Shown one piece after another: positions 9,414-20,659 of a stretch of DNA of 64,000 nucleotides; within the stretch, counting starts at the first letter, position 1, and each line of letters starts with the position of its first letter. Origin of the DNA: Albugo candida (Eukaryota); assembly GCA_040437565.1 (NCBI GenBank), contig JBDOQK010000005.1, positions 372,001-436,000 of the forward strand. Reading direction: 5' to 3'. The translations under genes and the position numbers were made by a program. The notes below the pieces were generated by a model. The model was given only the letters and a program-made list of their open reading frames with translations. It was not told the DNA's origin and did no database searches.

Positions 9414-12371
9414 ATGAGCATTCTTGGCCACAGAGCACGCAATACGCATGAGAGCGATGCACCAGAGAATTATGTCCCTGGTCTTGGCCGAGGCGCAGTT
9501 GGGTTTACGACGCGATCTGATATTGGCCCCGCACGAAACCCACTTGCACCCGAAGGACTAGCTGCAGCCGTTGCGGGAGCTGGCCCCTTCCCCCCCATTG
9601 CAATGGCTCGTGGGCGAGGACGTGGGATGGACGTCGCTCCCAATGATTTCTTGCTTCCCATCTCAGCAGGAAGAGGTTCCGGGACGGCAGGAATGGGAGG
9701 ATTTGGTCGAGAAACCGATGAGAATGAAGATTTCGGAGATTATAGTGAGAGTAATTATGATGAGTTCAGTGGGTACACTGGTACAGGTCTGTTTCAGGAT
9801 ACACCATATGATAAGGACGATGAAGAAGCTGATACCTTGTATGAAATGATCGACGAACGCATGGATTCGCGGCGAAAACGGAGACGAGAAATGAAAATAC
9901 TACAAGAAGTGAAGAAAGCCCGACAAGAACGCCCAAAAATTGCAGATCAATTTCTAGATCTAAAGGAGTCATTGAAAACAGTAAGTGACGAGCAGTGGGC
10001 CCAAATTCCTGACATTGGAGACCGATCATTGAAGCACAAAACCAATACGGCTATACAAATAAGAAATCAAATGTTTGTTCCGACACCAGACCATTTAATA
10101 GGATCAAGCGCTGGTCTTCACCTGAATAAGGATGTATCATCGGGGTCTATCACTCCATCTATTCTGGGAGGCATCGAAACACCAGGAACAAGCACCTCTG
10201 TGACAGGATTAGCAGAAGCTCGAGGAGCTGTACTTTCTCTGAAACTAGATAAAATGTCTGATTCGATAATGGGTCAGACTGTCGTCGATCCAAAAGGATA
10301 TCTGACCGACTTGAACTCTTTGAAAATAACAACTGACGTCGAAATTGGCGATATAAAAAAAGCTCGCTTATTGCTCCACTCTGTGACAACGACAAATCCT
10401 AAGCATGGACCTGGCTGGATTGCTGCGGCAAGACTTGAGGAAGTTGCGGGAAAGATTGTGCAAGCACGAAAATTGATACGTCAGGGATGCGAGTCTTGTT
10501 CCACTCAGGAAGATGTATGGTTAGAAGCAGCACGACTTCAGAGTCCAGAAAACGCAAAGGGTGTTTTGGCGAAAGCTATTCGTCATGTTCCAGCCTCGAC
10601 CAAAGTATGGCTTCAAGCAGCAAAGTTGGAGAATGATATCGACCTAAAAAAGCTCGTACTGAGGCGTGCCTTGGAATTTTTACCCACCTCTGTGAAGCTT
10701 TGGAAAGCATTGATTGAACTTGAAGATACGGAGGGAGCACGCTTGCTGCTCGGACGTGCTGTGGAATGTGTTCCACAATCAGTCGATCTTTGGCTTGCTC
10801 TGGCGCGACTAGAAACATATGAAAATGCAAAAATGACGCTCAATAAAGCTCGTTTTGCGGTCCCTAGCGATCCTATGATATGGATTACAGCCGCAAAACT
10901 AGAAGAGGCGCAAGGGAAATCTATTGAAATGATTGAGCGAATACTCCGAGCAGCAGTCAAGTCGTTAAAGAAGCATCAGGTAGAAATGAGTCGTGATTCA
11001 TGGTTGAAAGAAGCTGAAGCATGTGAGAAAGTGGGTGCTATTTTAACGTGCGGTGCAATCGTTCGTACGTGTTTGGACATTGGTGTTGAAGCCGACGATA
11101 GGAAACGAACATGGATGGATGACGCTGACACATGCATTACGCACAAGGCTTTGCATGCTGCAAAAGCTATCTACGCGCATGCTCTGAGTATATTTCCTGG
11201 TAAGAAGTCAATCTGGTTGCGTGCGATTGCACTTGAAAAGCAAATCATATCGGAGAGGCAAACATCCGATGCAAATTCGTGCTCCGATAAAGTGGATACA
11301 GCAGTAATCGGGCAACTACTTGATCAAGCAGTACGCTGTTGTCCGAACGCAGAAGTCTTGTGGCTCATGTCAGCAAAAGAAGCCTGGACAAATGGTTCTG
11401 TTGAGAACGCGCGGTTGATCTTACGTCAAGCATTCAGTGCGAATCCAAACAGCGAAGCGATCTGGCTCGCAGCAGTGAAACTTGAATGGGAAAACGATGA
11501 GATTGAGCTGGCTAGAGCACTTCTTGCTAAAGCTAGAGCACACGCACCTTCCGCCCAAGTCTGGATGAAATCTATTTTACTCGAACGTGAGGTAGGCACT
11601 GCACGTTTGGAGGAAGAAAAACTCCTGAAAGAAGGTGTATCAAGATTTCCAGATTCACCAAAGTTGCATATGATGGCTGGGCAATTTTATGAGCATAGTG
11701 ACCCACCTGACTACACTGAAGCAAAACGGAGATATCGAACAGGAATTCAGCAATGTCCAAAATGCATGCATTTGTGGATTCTATCGAGTCGACTGGAAGA
11801 AAAAGTGACCGGCGTGACAAAGGCAAGATCCGTATTAGAACTTGCACGTCTAAAATCTCCGAAGAACGATGTATTGTGGCTGGAGTCCATACGCTTGGAA
11901 GCCCGTGTTGGAAATAGCAAAGGTCAAAATATGCTATTGTCCAAAGCGCTTCAGGAATGTCCAGACTCTGGGATTTTGCTGGCAGAATCAATCGAAATTG
12001 CGGCAAGGCCTCATCAAAAACGAGCTTCATTTGCTGCACTGAAACGAAAAGACAACGATCCTTCAGTGTGCTTGGCAGTTGCTAAACTTTTTTGGCAGGA
12101 ACGAAAGTACACCAAAGCTCGGAAGTGGCTCGAAAGAACAGTTCAACTTCAATCAGAATTTGGTGATGGTTGGGCATATTACTATTTGTTTGAAACAAAG
12201 CACGGAATTACAACAAATGCTCCCGAAAAAATACTGAGAAGGTGCATCGAGGCTGAACCCAAATACGGAGAACACTGGACACAATTTTCCAAGCAGACCG
12301 AGCATCGACGGAAGCCGATAGCGGATATTATAAAGCTTGTTAGTTCACGTATACCTCACCCACATATATGA
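9414..12371 (+). CDS. PRP6: Pre-mRNA splicing factor PRP6 (U5 102-kDa HAT/TPR protein)
   Basis: APENYVPGLGRGAVGFTTRSDIGPAR; QTVVDPKGYLTDL; IGDIKKARLLL..TNPKHGPGWIAAARLEE; HAT repeats; AEPKYGEHW. ATG at 9414. Confidence 0.97.
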   Translation: MSILGHRARNTHESDAPENYVPGLGRGAVGFTTRSDIGPARNPLAPEGLAAAVAGAGPFPPIAMARGRGRGMDVAPNDFLLPISAGRGSGTAGMGGFGRETDENEDFGDYSESNYDEFSGYTGTGLFQDTPYDKDDEEADTLYEMIDERMDSRRKRRREMKILQEVKKARQERPKIADQFLDLKESLKTVSDEQWAQIPDIGDRSLKHKTNTAIQIRNQMFVPTPDHLIGSSAGLHLNKDVSSGSITPSILGGIETPGTSTSVTGLAEARGAVLSLKLDKMSDSIMGQTVVDPKGYLTDLNSLKITTDVEIGDIKKARLLLHSVTTTNPKHGPGWIAAARLEEVAGKIVQARKLIRQGCESCSTQEDVWLEAARLQSPENAKGVLAKAIRHVPASTKVWLQAAKLENDIDLKKLVLRRALEFLPTSVKLWKALIELEDTEGARLLLGRAVECVPQSVDLWLALARLETYENAKMTLNKARFAVPSDPMIWITAAKLEEAQGKSIEMIERILRAAVKSLKKHQVEMSRDSWLKEAEACEKVGAILTCGAIVRTCLDIGVEADDRKRTWMDDADTCITHKALHAAKAIYAHALSIFPGKKSIWLRAIALEKQIISERQTSDANSCSDKVDTAVIGQLLDQAVRCCPNAEVLWLMSAKEAWTNGSVENARLILRQAFSANPNSEAIWLAAVKLEWENDEIELARALLAKARAHAPSAQVWMKSILLEREVGTARLEEEKLLKEGVSRFPDSPKLHMMAGQFYEHSDPPDYTEAKRRYRTGIQQCPKCMHLWILSSRLEEKVTGVTKARSVLELARLKSPKNDVLWLESIRLEARVGNSKGQNMLLSKALQECPDSGILLAESIEIAARPHQKRASFAALKRKDNDPSVCLAVAKLFWQERKYTKARKWLERTVQLQSEFGDGWAYYYLFETKHGITTNAPEKILRRCIEAEPKYGEHWTQFSKQTEHRRKPIADIIKLVSSRIPHPHI

Positions 12372-12628
12372 ACATTGAGCTGATCCGGCTGGTTTATTAA
12401 GTCGATGTTATTTTCTACCATGCAATGTGATCCGCGAATACTGGAGCCATTTATTCTATAAGCCATTTTAGATCTCATGGGTCCTTACATCAACGAGACA
12501 TAGCAGGAGAAAGCATAGTCTAACGCTAGAAAAGGTTTGAAGCATGTATTCAATTATAAAAGCATAAGAAGGGCTTCGGTGTACCGCTATTAAGGAACTA
12601 AGCGATAACATTTTTTTCCCGTTTTCCT

Positions 12629-13132
12629 TCACTTATTCAGCAGAAATCTTTTAGAGGAACACAATTTATAGCAAGAACCTCCAGCATGTTTCGGTGAATC
12701 AGCGGAATCATCCTGTTGCTCGGTTTTAACAGGCACCTGAACCACGTGCTTATCCTGCGGCTTGGTTTCATCAGGCTTACTAACCACGTGTTTATCTTTC
12801 GGCTTGGCATCACCAGGCTCACGATCCTCACTTTCAGAATCAGTTTCATCATGAATTACGTAACGAGTAATAGGCTGCTTTGGCCGGTGTCCCAACCCAT
12901 AATCATCTACCCTGTAAACAGTGTGGATAGTATAAGAATTGCCGTTATCAGACTCCATTAATATACGATTTTGGCTCGGAACCTCGATGTGATTAAAGAT
13001 CGTTCTGGGCTGCAATTCCACTCCGTCCAAAGTTGTTCCCATTTCTTCCCGTCCTTCCCTTTCTCGCAGCATTGCTCCGTGTGATGAGGCCACAAGTACC
13101 AACGCATTCGCAACCAAGATGTGAGTTTTCAT
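12629..13132 (-). CDS. Small secreted protein (candidate effector), paralogue 1
   Basis: Signal-peptide-like MKTHILVANALVLVASSHG, followed by a charged low-complexity region with the repeat KPKDKHVV/KPQDKHVV. The N-terminal ~60 aa align by eye with the gene at 19459. Confidence 0.75.
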   Translation of the reverse strand: MKTHILVANALVLVASSHGAMLREREGREEMGTTLDGVELQPRTIFNHIEVPSQNRILMESDNGNSYTIHTVYRVDDYGLGHRPKQPITRYVIHDETDSESEDREPGDAKPKDKHVVSKPDETKPQDKHVVQVPVKTEQQDDSADSPKHAGGSCYKLCSSKRFLLNK

Positions 13133-13150
13133 CGTGATTTGAATTTAAGG

Positions 13151-13199
13151 ATAGTCGAGGGATGAGTCTGACTTATGATATGAGGAAAATAAGAATGAG
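13151..13199 (-). promoter_or_regulatory. Oomycete INR/FPR-like core promoter of secreted paralogue 1
   Basis: Minus strand CTCATTCTTATTTT, then AAGTCAGACTCATCCCTCGACTA, which is homologous to AAGTGAGTCTCATTCCTCAATTA upstream of paralogue 2. Confidence 0.5.
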
Positions 13200-13997
13200 A
13201 CGAATTACAGAACGCCAGAATATCGATATGGCTATTATGATCGCAGAACTACATTCTTAGAGACACGCAGATGAGATGAATTTTTGGCCTAGTTCCAAGT
13301 GACCAAAACTCGTTGATTCATTACGTTTGGCGAGTTTTAAAAACGTAAAGTGGTATACACATATAAAACAGAACCGGATCAGATCGGCGTGCGTGATTCT
13401 ATATGCTACATTGATAGTTTAGACCCTTAGACGACTGTAGATTAGGGTGATCATGCTCGTGAACTTGTGGCGTTTGTCGAGTTTCGGAAATTTGAAGCAG
13501 CATGCAAGCTTGAATCAGAAGAGGCATCACTGTTGCGTGCGTGATTACGACGTGCTAACTACAGGAAGGAAGTCCAGCGGGCAGAAATAGTACACGACGC
13601 CTCATTTGTGTGTATTTATTTTCGAGGACTCTGACACGATGTTGATTAGGATGATACTCAAGGCTCATAATGCCAAGAAGTAAGAATCCGAAAATTAGGC
13701 AGGGAAGCGATCTTCTAGCTCGCCTCTCGATGATCATACCAATCCGATACTTCACAGTGCTGCGAAATGACTCAGTTCGCGAGGACAAAAACGCTCTTGG
13801 TGTTATTATAGCCAATCATATCAAGCTTGCCACTTCCAAGCCGACTGGATCATTCCATCTCAAACGTATATCATTGGTCGAATAGAGGGTTTACGTTCTG
13901 AGAGTGTTCACAGTATCAATGAGCGAGGTTGATATTCTATAGAGCACAAGATTCGTTTGCGCAATGCAGTCAGTAGTTCGGTAGATTGTGTTGTGTG

Positions 13998-15040
13998 ATG
14001 ACAATAAAGGCGTTCTTATTCTACTGTATTACTTCTACCTGCATCTAATCTTTGACGGATATTTCATTTGTACGCTATCGGCTCGACATTATGATAACTA
14101 TGGGGAAATCTGTCTGCTCACAACTCGTGGGATCGCGCCTGATCAAAGAAGCTATCAGCTGGTCTCTATAGCAGGTAAGTCCGTCCTGCATGCTCAACAG
14201 CTCATGTACTCCTAAATATGTTTGTTACCACAGTATTCTATCACTATGTCACAACGTGCTCGTCAAAAACACTACGAAAGCACAGCATACCTTGTCTGTA
14301 AGTTTGTATGTACACTCGTCGTCGGCTAGCATTTTTGGTTTATGAAACGTCTTTATAGTGTCGCACGGATGCGTAGATTCAATCCCATCCATTCTTGAAA
14401 AATTCCAATCTATTCGAGCTAGATCCACGTTTGTGTCTCAAAGCCTGGACGTACTCTGGATTTTATGAACATGGCTCGGTAGTATGGCAAGAATCGAGAA
14501 TACTTCTTGTCTCAAGGTATATCTATGAGTCAGGTGGACATTATGCACTTGGAACAAATTAAAACGAGGGATATAAGCAAACTTTACTCCAAACTACTAC
14601 TGCGTTGTATCGTAGCAGTGTCAAATAACACATTGAATCTGCGGATCACGATGATGGAAGCTGCAGATACAAAAAAGCGTGCATTAGGTCGTTGTAAGTT
14701 ATCCGAGTTCAAATGGAAAAGCAAAATCCTTGTCGCACTTTTATGCTGTACCGCTGAGCTGCTTGATGAAATTTTAGTTCAGAGAATGATACAAGGCTAT
14801 AAAGACTTGTTCGACATGACTGCAAATTCTTTTCATTTCAATAAGATGTCGATTTAGTGGCAGTAAGAGTATACAGGGCTATATATACGCAACTCACAAA
14901 CTTTCCCTTTCACCAGTCCTTCGTCATATTTCAATCTCCGTCAAAAATTGACAAAGAAACGCGAACTAATGCAGACCAGCATATATTGTACTCAACGGCT
15001 CTTGAACTTTATTCTCCTGCGTGAAACTCTGCGAAGAATG
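13998..15040 (+). pseudogene. Possible degenerate CCG/CHxC-type secreted effector
   Basis: Hydrophobic start MTIKAFLFYCITSTCI* broken by a stop/frameshift, then GEICLLTTRG (CxxCxxxxxG lacking the first Cys), then broken protein-like ORFs such as 14507-14857. Confidence 0.3.
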
Positions 15041-15197
15041 TATCAGATTGGAAGACACGAACGGAACACATTTGTTGCTTGGACATGCCGTGAGATATGA
15101 ATCCTTTTCACTCGATGTTTGCCTTTACCTGATGTAATCCAAAAGTTATGATAGTGCAACCTAGACATTTGGTACGGCATGTCTCTACTGATCGTAT

Positions 15198-15472
15198 AAT
15201 AGAGCGAATCATTCAAGCAGCAGTTAAGGCCTTGAAAAGGCATTCGATAGAGTTGAGTCGGGACTCATGATTGAAAGAAGCTTCAGCATGTGAAAAGTGG
15301 ATGCTATTTCAACGTGCGGTGCGACTATTGGTACGTGTTTGGACATTGGTGTCGAAGCTGAAGATATGAAACGAATATGGATGGATGCTGCTGACACATG
15401 TACTACATACAATGCTTTACAAGATACAAAAGCTATATAAGCGAACGCTCTGAGTATTTTTCTTGGCAAGAA
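15198..15472 (+). pseudogene. Degenerate internal PRP6 fragment (copy of ~10929-11206)
   Basis: Colinear with PRP6, e.g. gtacgtgtttggacattggtgt and atggatggatg..gctgacacatg. TGG>TGA at 15268, TAC>TAA at 15438 and a 1-nt deletion. Confidence 0.9.
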
Positions 15473-17210
15473 TGACCTACTTGCCAGGAATCTCCGACAT
15501 GGAGTCCAGCATTGAATTTCAGACAGATCGGTTTGCCGACTGCAAGGTCTAGAGAGTTTACAAGACTCACTTCTTTGAGTCTTATAAACTGTCTAGAGAA
15601 GTTTGCAGCTCTTAGAGGAAGGTGATAGTGAAACAGACAGAACGAGCCAAGAATTAGTCAGGTGATACTCTATATTTTCTCTGCTACATCACAGCGTTAA
15701 TGCTCGAGACGAGCGATTTTGGGGTTTGGTTAACCAACGATCTCTCTAGCTCACTCATGCGTTGGCATATGATCTCCATCGTACAATGGATGACATCGTT
15801 TTTTCAAATATCATAGACGTTCATCGATTGAATGATTGCATCACAAGTCGCTTTATCGCTAGCCTACGTATAAGTTGAGCTTACGGGAGATGCAACGCGA
15901 GAAAATGCATGAAGAAAGCCAAAAAGACCGGAAGCAATCGCAACATCGGTCTTCGAGGATTGTGATGGTAGCAAAATTCATGATTTAGTGTGCTGGAAGC
16001 CTACTCAAGAACGTTGCTACTTTCCTTTTCTTTTGGTTGAAATTCAATAGAACTCTTTCTATGAAGATTCAGCAAAAGCTGTTGGTAAAGCTGGACAAAC
16101 AAACGAGTGCGTTAGGCTAAGATGCAAAGGAACAGCATATGGCTACTTGAGGAAGAATCGGTACAGCGCTCGAACACGCAAACGGCTATCAGATCACCTG
16201 AGTAACCTGTCACAGCTGTCGATAACTGTCGCATGAATCTGATGCCAAACTGCATCGCTGAACACTCGGCATCGTCAAGAACTTGACAACTTTGGTCAGG
16301 AACAAAAACAATGTTGAGCGCAGTGAATATCATGTGGTAATCGCCGCAAATTTCATTTTTAAAGAAATAGCTCTCTAAGCATAGCGCGTAAGACTTTGCG
16401 CATCGGAAGGGAAATGTATCCATACAGCTAAATCAAGGATCACACAAAAAATACAATGTATTGAGGCAAGTTTTCGTAAATGATGGAAAAAAGTATTGAG
16501 CGTTTGCATGACAGTTTCTTGGGAAAATCTTAACGACCACTGTGGCTTGTGTCCCATAGTGTAAGGCTAGTCAGCTGAAATAGATCAAACATGGACCTAG
16601 GTGCAGTTAGTTGCGCGCACACCACAAATGGATGAATTGCATTGCTCGAAACAAAGTAGTGCTGGGCTCTAGTATAATATGGTGAAAGCAGATGCCTCAT
16701 GTAGATCGTATTTACTTGGTTCCACATCCGCCAATGAGACAGAATCTATTGGCACGAGTTGGTGTAGGTAAGAGACTGTAGCATCTGTTCAGCTAAAATA
16801 GTAAGGATCGGGTCAAACAGAGCTGTGTAAGGATGTCACGGAACGTCGCACACGGAAAAATACCTTGCTAGCCAATTAACGAAAACGACATTTAAAGGAT
16901 CCGAGACAACAACAAAAAACAAATTCATTGTATGCGAGTTGTGCAAGCCTTACACGAGCATGCCATACATGCATACAACAACGTTACGCCCTTGTGGGAG
17001 ATTGGAGAGTTTCTGACACCATGTACAGTCGCCAAAGACTTTAGCAAGTACTATCGAGATCGGCTCTTGAAATTGCGAGGGTATTATCTCCCACTGCTCG
17101 AGCAAGTAAGTTTAATGCTATGCAGTTTTCGTGATGTCGGGTCATTGCCATTAAATAGCCTACGACTGCAATGCCAGTCAGAGATCTATAGTACGGAAAA
17201 AAGAAGGGAG

Positions 17211-17905
17211 CCGCTATGGCCGCTATGGCCGCAGACATTAATACTACGGCCACAGACAAAACTACTACGGCCACAGACAATTGATCTAACCAACCACTTC
17301 TCAATTTGCCGGCTACTAAGTAACCCGCCAATTTAGTAAAAACAACTCGCAAAAACTACTTTTTCAACTCTTTTTTCTCGAAAAGAATGGTTCAAGTCGA
17401 CATATCGACACAACCCAGGGTGCTAGCGTCCACTTGTAGTGACGTGGCAACCCTCATGAGTCACCCTGTTTTGGGTGATTGCATGATTGTTGATGAGTCA
17501 TCNNNNNNNNNNNNNNNNNNNNNNNNNNNNNNNNNNNNNNNNNNNNNNNNNNNNNNNNNNNNNNNNNNNNNNNNNNNNNNNNNNNNNNNNNNNNNNNNNN
17601 NNCAAACCACGGTACTTTTGGACCATTTTTACAACTTTACAACTTTACAACTTTACAGCATTTACAAGCTGGACACAGTCTCGTATTAAGGGTGCTGAGG
17701 CTACTACGATACGAGATTATCAACGAGACGACACATTATCATCTCTCACAGGTATTTCACAAAACGTTTTTTAGATGTATATATGTTATTTAAGATAGCC
17801 TAGGCAACTAGAGAAGTCAGTTAGTCTAATTCTAGTAATATAGACACCTTCAACTGATCTAACCAACCACAGCTCACAAAATTTAATTGTTGCTAAGTAC
17901 GCTAG
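17211..17905. repeat. Cluster of short tandem and direct repeats, possibly a mobile-element relic
   Basis: ccgctatgg x2; actacggccacagacaa x2; about 4 copies of tttacaac near 17628-17665; 16-bp direct repeat tgatctaaccaaccac at 17282 and 17855 with diverged continuation (ctaagta..gccaat). Confidence 0.55.
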
Positions 17906-19408
17906 CCAATCAGGTCACTTGCCTACTTTGTACACGAGCTCATTCTGTTTCTTACGGTGATTTTGTTATATTGCTCTAGCGTAGGTACGGTTTTTACCTG
18001 ATATCTGTATATGGTAGGTTAATAGTGGACACTAAAGATGAGGATGTTGGGAAGGTGGCTGTTGCTGTTGAGAAAAATAAAAAATCGTTTTTTAAGAAAC
18101 TATTTATTTTTTGCTGATATTATTTCTATTTTTAGAATTAAAAGTATTTAGAAGTATAAGTAAAAGAGCATGGCTTCGCGCCGGTAGCCATTGGACATCG
18201 AGCTTTTTCTAGCTGTCATTGCGAAACTTTAGTGATTGGAACAAACACGTAGGAAGAAAGGAATATTATAAACTAACCTGTTCGAATACTTTCCAGAGGG
18301 CGTAATATGAGATCTTCCGGTTGAAAATATGCTGAAAAATGTCACCACGTGGGGTCGGCTGAGCGAAAGGTACAATTTTTGGAATAAGAACACGCTTTTT
18401 GTCCCAACACCTTTTTCTACATTTTTCAGCATTGGTGTCAATAATCGGACTGGTGGCATGTCCAAAGCATAGAATAAGCTCTTAAAAAGAATATTTCTCA
18501 TGTCCGGACACTAGGTCAACAAAAGCCGACCTCGGAGAGCATTATATGCACTGCCATTAAAGAATCTTCTGATGATTGCGCGCATACGAGACCTGAGGAA
18601 GGATGGTTTTAGGTGCACAAAAATGTTCTTCCCGCAGTGACACGTCGAATCACGATGACAGTGAGCTTTTCGAAACCGGTAAATGGTCAGCAACCTGGCC
18701 GGTAATATATGAATATTTCANNNNNNNNNNNNNNNNNNNNNNNNNNNNNNNNNNNNNNNNNNNNNNNNNNNNNNNNNNNNNNNNNNNNNNNNNNNNNNNN
18801 NNNNNNNNNNNNNNNNNNNNACGAGACCTGAGGAAGGATGGTTTTAGGTGCACAAAAATGTTCTTCCCGCAGTGACACGTCGAATCACGATGACAGTGAG
18901 CTTTTCGAAACCGGTAAATGGTCAGCAACCTGGCCGGTAATATATGAATATTTCAGTCCCACAATCATTAGGTTCTTTTGAATCCCTCCTCAAAAGTACT
19001 AGGGATATCATCATTGCAATTATTTGTGCGTGCAATCGAGTATGTGTGGGTTTGTTATGCTGTAGCGATGGTTGTTTAAGGTTGACAGCAGCCTAGTCGT
19101 TGAACGTGCGGTTATGATCGAATGGCGTCGGACAAGGCAACACATACTCAATTCACAACCTTGTTGATCAAGATGAATTTTTCCTGGTTTAATTGCTTGT
19201 TGTGGATAGGGTCGATCTTTTATCTGAATATGTATACTCATCAAGTTGACAAAAGTGTAGGATTCACAAATACTGGCAACTTTGAACAAGGCCGACAAGC
19301 TCTTTCTGGTCGCGTGCGTTCTAAGAGAATCTAATTCTGAACAGAAAGACTACATCAATATTTAAGCTTTATCAGCACCGAGTCTTCTGTTCCATTTCTG
19401 TGTTGTGC

Positions 19409-19431
19409 AAGTGAGTCTCATTCCTCAATTA
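19409..19431 (+). promoter_or_regulatory. Oomycete INR/FPR core promoter of secreted paralogue 2
   Basis: CTCATTCCTCAATT at 19417-19430, about 30 nt before the ATG, matches the oomycete YCATTYYNCAWTT consensus. Confidence 0.6.
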
Positions 19432-19458
19432 CTCTGTCGAATGGATAGCTCGAGTACG

Positions 19459-19989
19459 ATGAAAGCTTACCTCTCTATTGCGAATATGTTGATACTCGTG
19501 ACCGCATTATATGGAGCAATACTGCGAGAAGCTGGTGAAGGGAAAAAGGACACGAGATTCTCCTTATGCGGAGGGAATATGGACATCAATACGAACTTGA
19601 ACAAGATCAGTCAGGTTCCTGGTCGGGATCGCGAATTGATGTTGCCCAGGAGTGGCTCAAGTTCCGGTAACGAACGTGCATTTGAATCGGAAACTGTAAC
19701 GCCCTCGAAAAGACTTAAAATCTCGAAAGCATCGTCGGGCGCTGCTGTAGCTCTAGCGCAGACAAGGAATAATGAAGGCAAGAATCCGCACGATGCTAGT
19801 CAAAATGCTCCAAGTGGCAATGAAGGCGGCAAGTCTTGTGTTGATGGGTAAGATTACTGTATATCGCAACAATTTATATCAAATAACAATCGTCCTCGCT
19901 CATACAGACAGAAAAAGGAATGTGGGGCGCTTCATAATTCTGTTTCCGAACCTGATTATGACGCTGATTGTGAATCTGATAGAATTTAA
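19459..19989 (+). CDS. Small secreted protein (candidate effector), paralogue 2; probably 2 exons
   Basis: Signal-peptide-like MKAYLSIANMLILVTALYG-AILRE. Unspliced it stops at 19851. A GT-AG intron at 19848-19907 (gtaaga..catacag) extends it to ..DGQKKECGALHNSVSEPDYDADCESDRI*. Confidence 0.72.
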
Positions 19990-20659
19990 ACACAGATTAG
20001 CCAGCAGGTTAAAATTGCACGACAAAAGTCGGGCGAGAGTAATAAAGCCTCCATAGATGCTAAGCAATAAAGCAAAATAGCAAGCGAGCTTTTGGTATTC
20101 TCTCACCCTCTTGATAGTATTCACTCACCTCCCAAATCATTGGCTTAAATTCATCGCTCATCACTAATTAATTCGCTAAAATTCATCACTTATGACGCGC
20201 GGTGACTCACTTTCAACTACACCCCGGTACAAACACACTATGAAATTGAAGTCAACTTATTAACCATATCGCTCAGCACATACACCATAAAGTATGCTAT
20301 AGGACCTAAAGAATAAAGAAACAACTGTCTAGAATAGTAAAAAAAGCTGTTTTTAATATTAAAAATAACAACCTTAACTTTTTCTCTGTGAGTATTCGCG
20401 ATTATAAGAGATTAGCTGATTAATCTAAAAAGCTGAGAACCTGAAGGTTTTTTCCTTCTGAGTGAATTGAGTGGTAGTAGTTGTTACAAGTGAGTATATA
20501 TTGATTTCCGTCTAATGTCAATTTGAGTGTAATTTTAGCCAATGAATCAGGGGATGAGNNNNNNNNNNNNNNNNNNNNNNNNNNNNNNNNNNNNNNNNNN
20601 NNNNNNNNNNNNNNNNNNNNNNNNNNNNNNNNNNNNNNNNNNNNNNNNNNNNNNNNNNG

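Noticed and set aside
15478-15530. Minus-strand SMLDSMSEIPGK resembling STLDSMVSGIPASK in the Furry-like protein
   Set aside because: Too short and does not extend on either side, so probably chance.
17211-17300. Short repeats suggestive of a CRISPR array
   Set aside because: Only two copies per unit, no unique spacers, no cas genes, and a eukaryotic context.
18170-19330. Fragmentary ORFs that might be transposase relics
   Set aside because: I recognise no transposase, RT or integrase motif and no termini.
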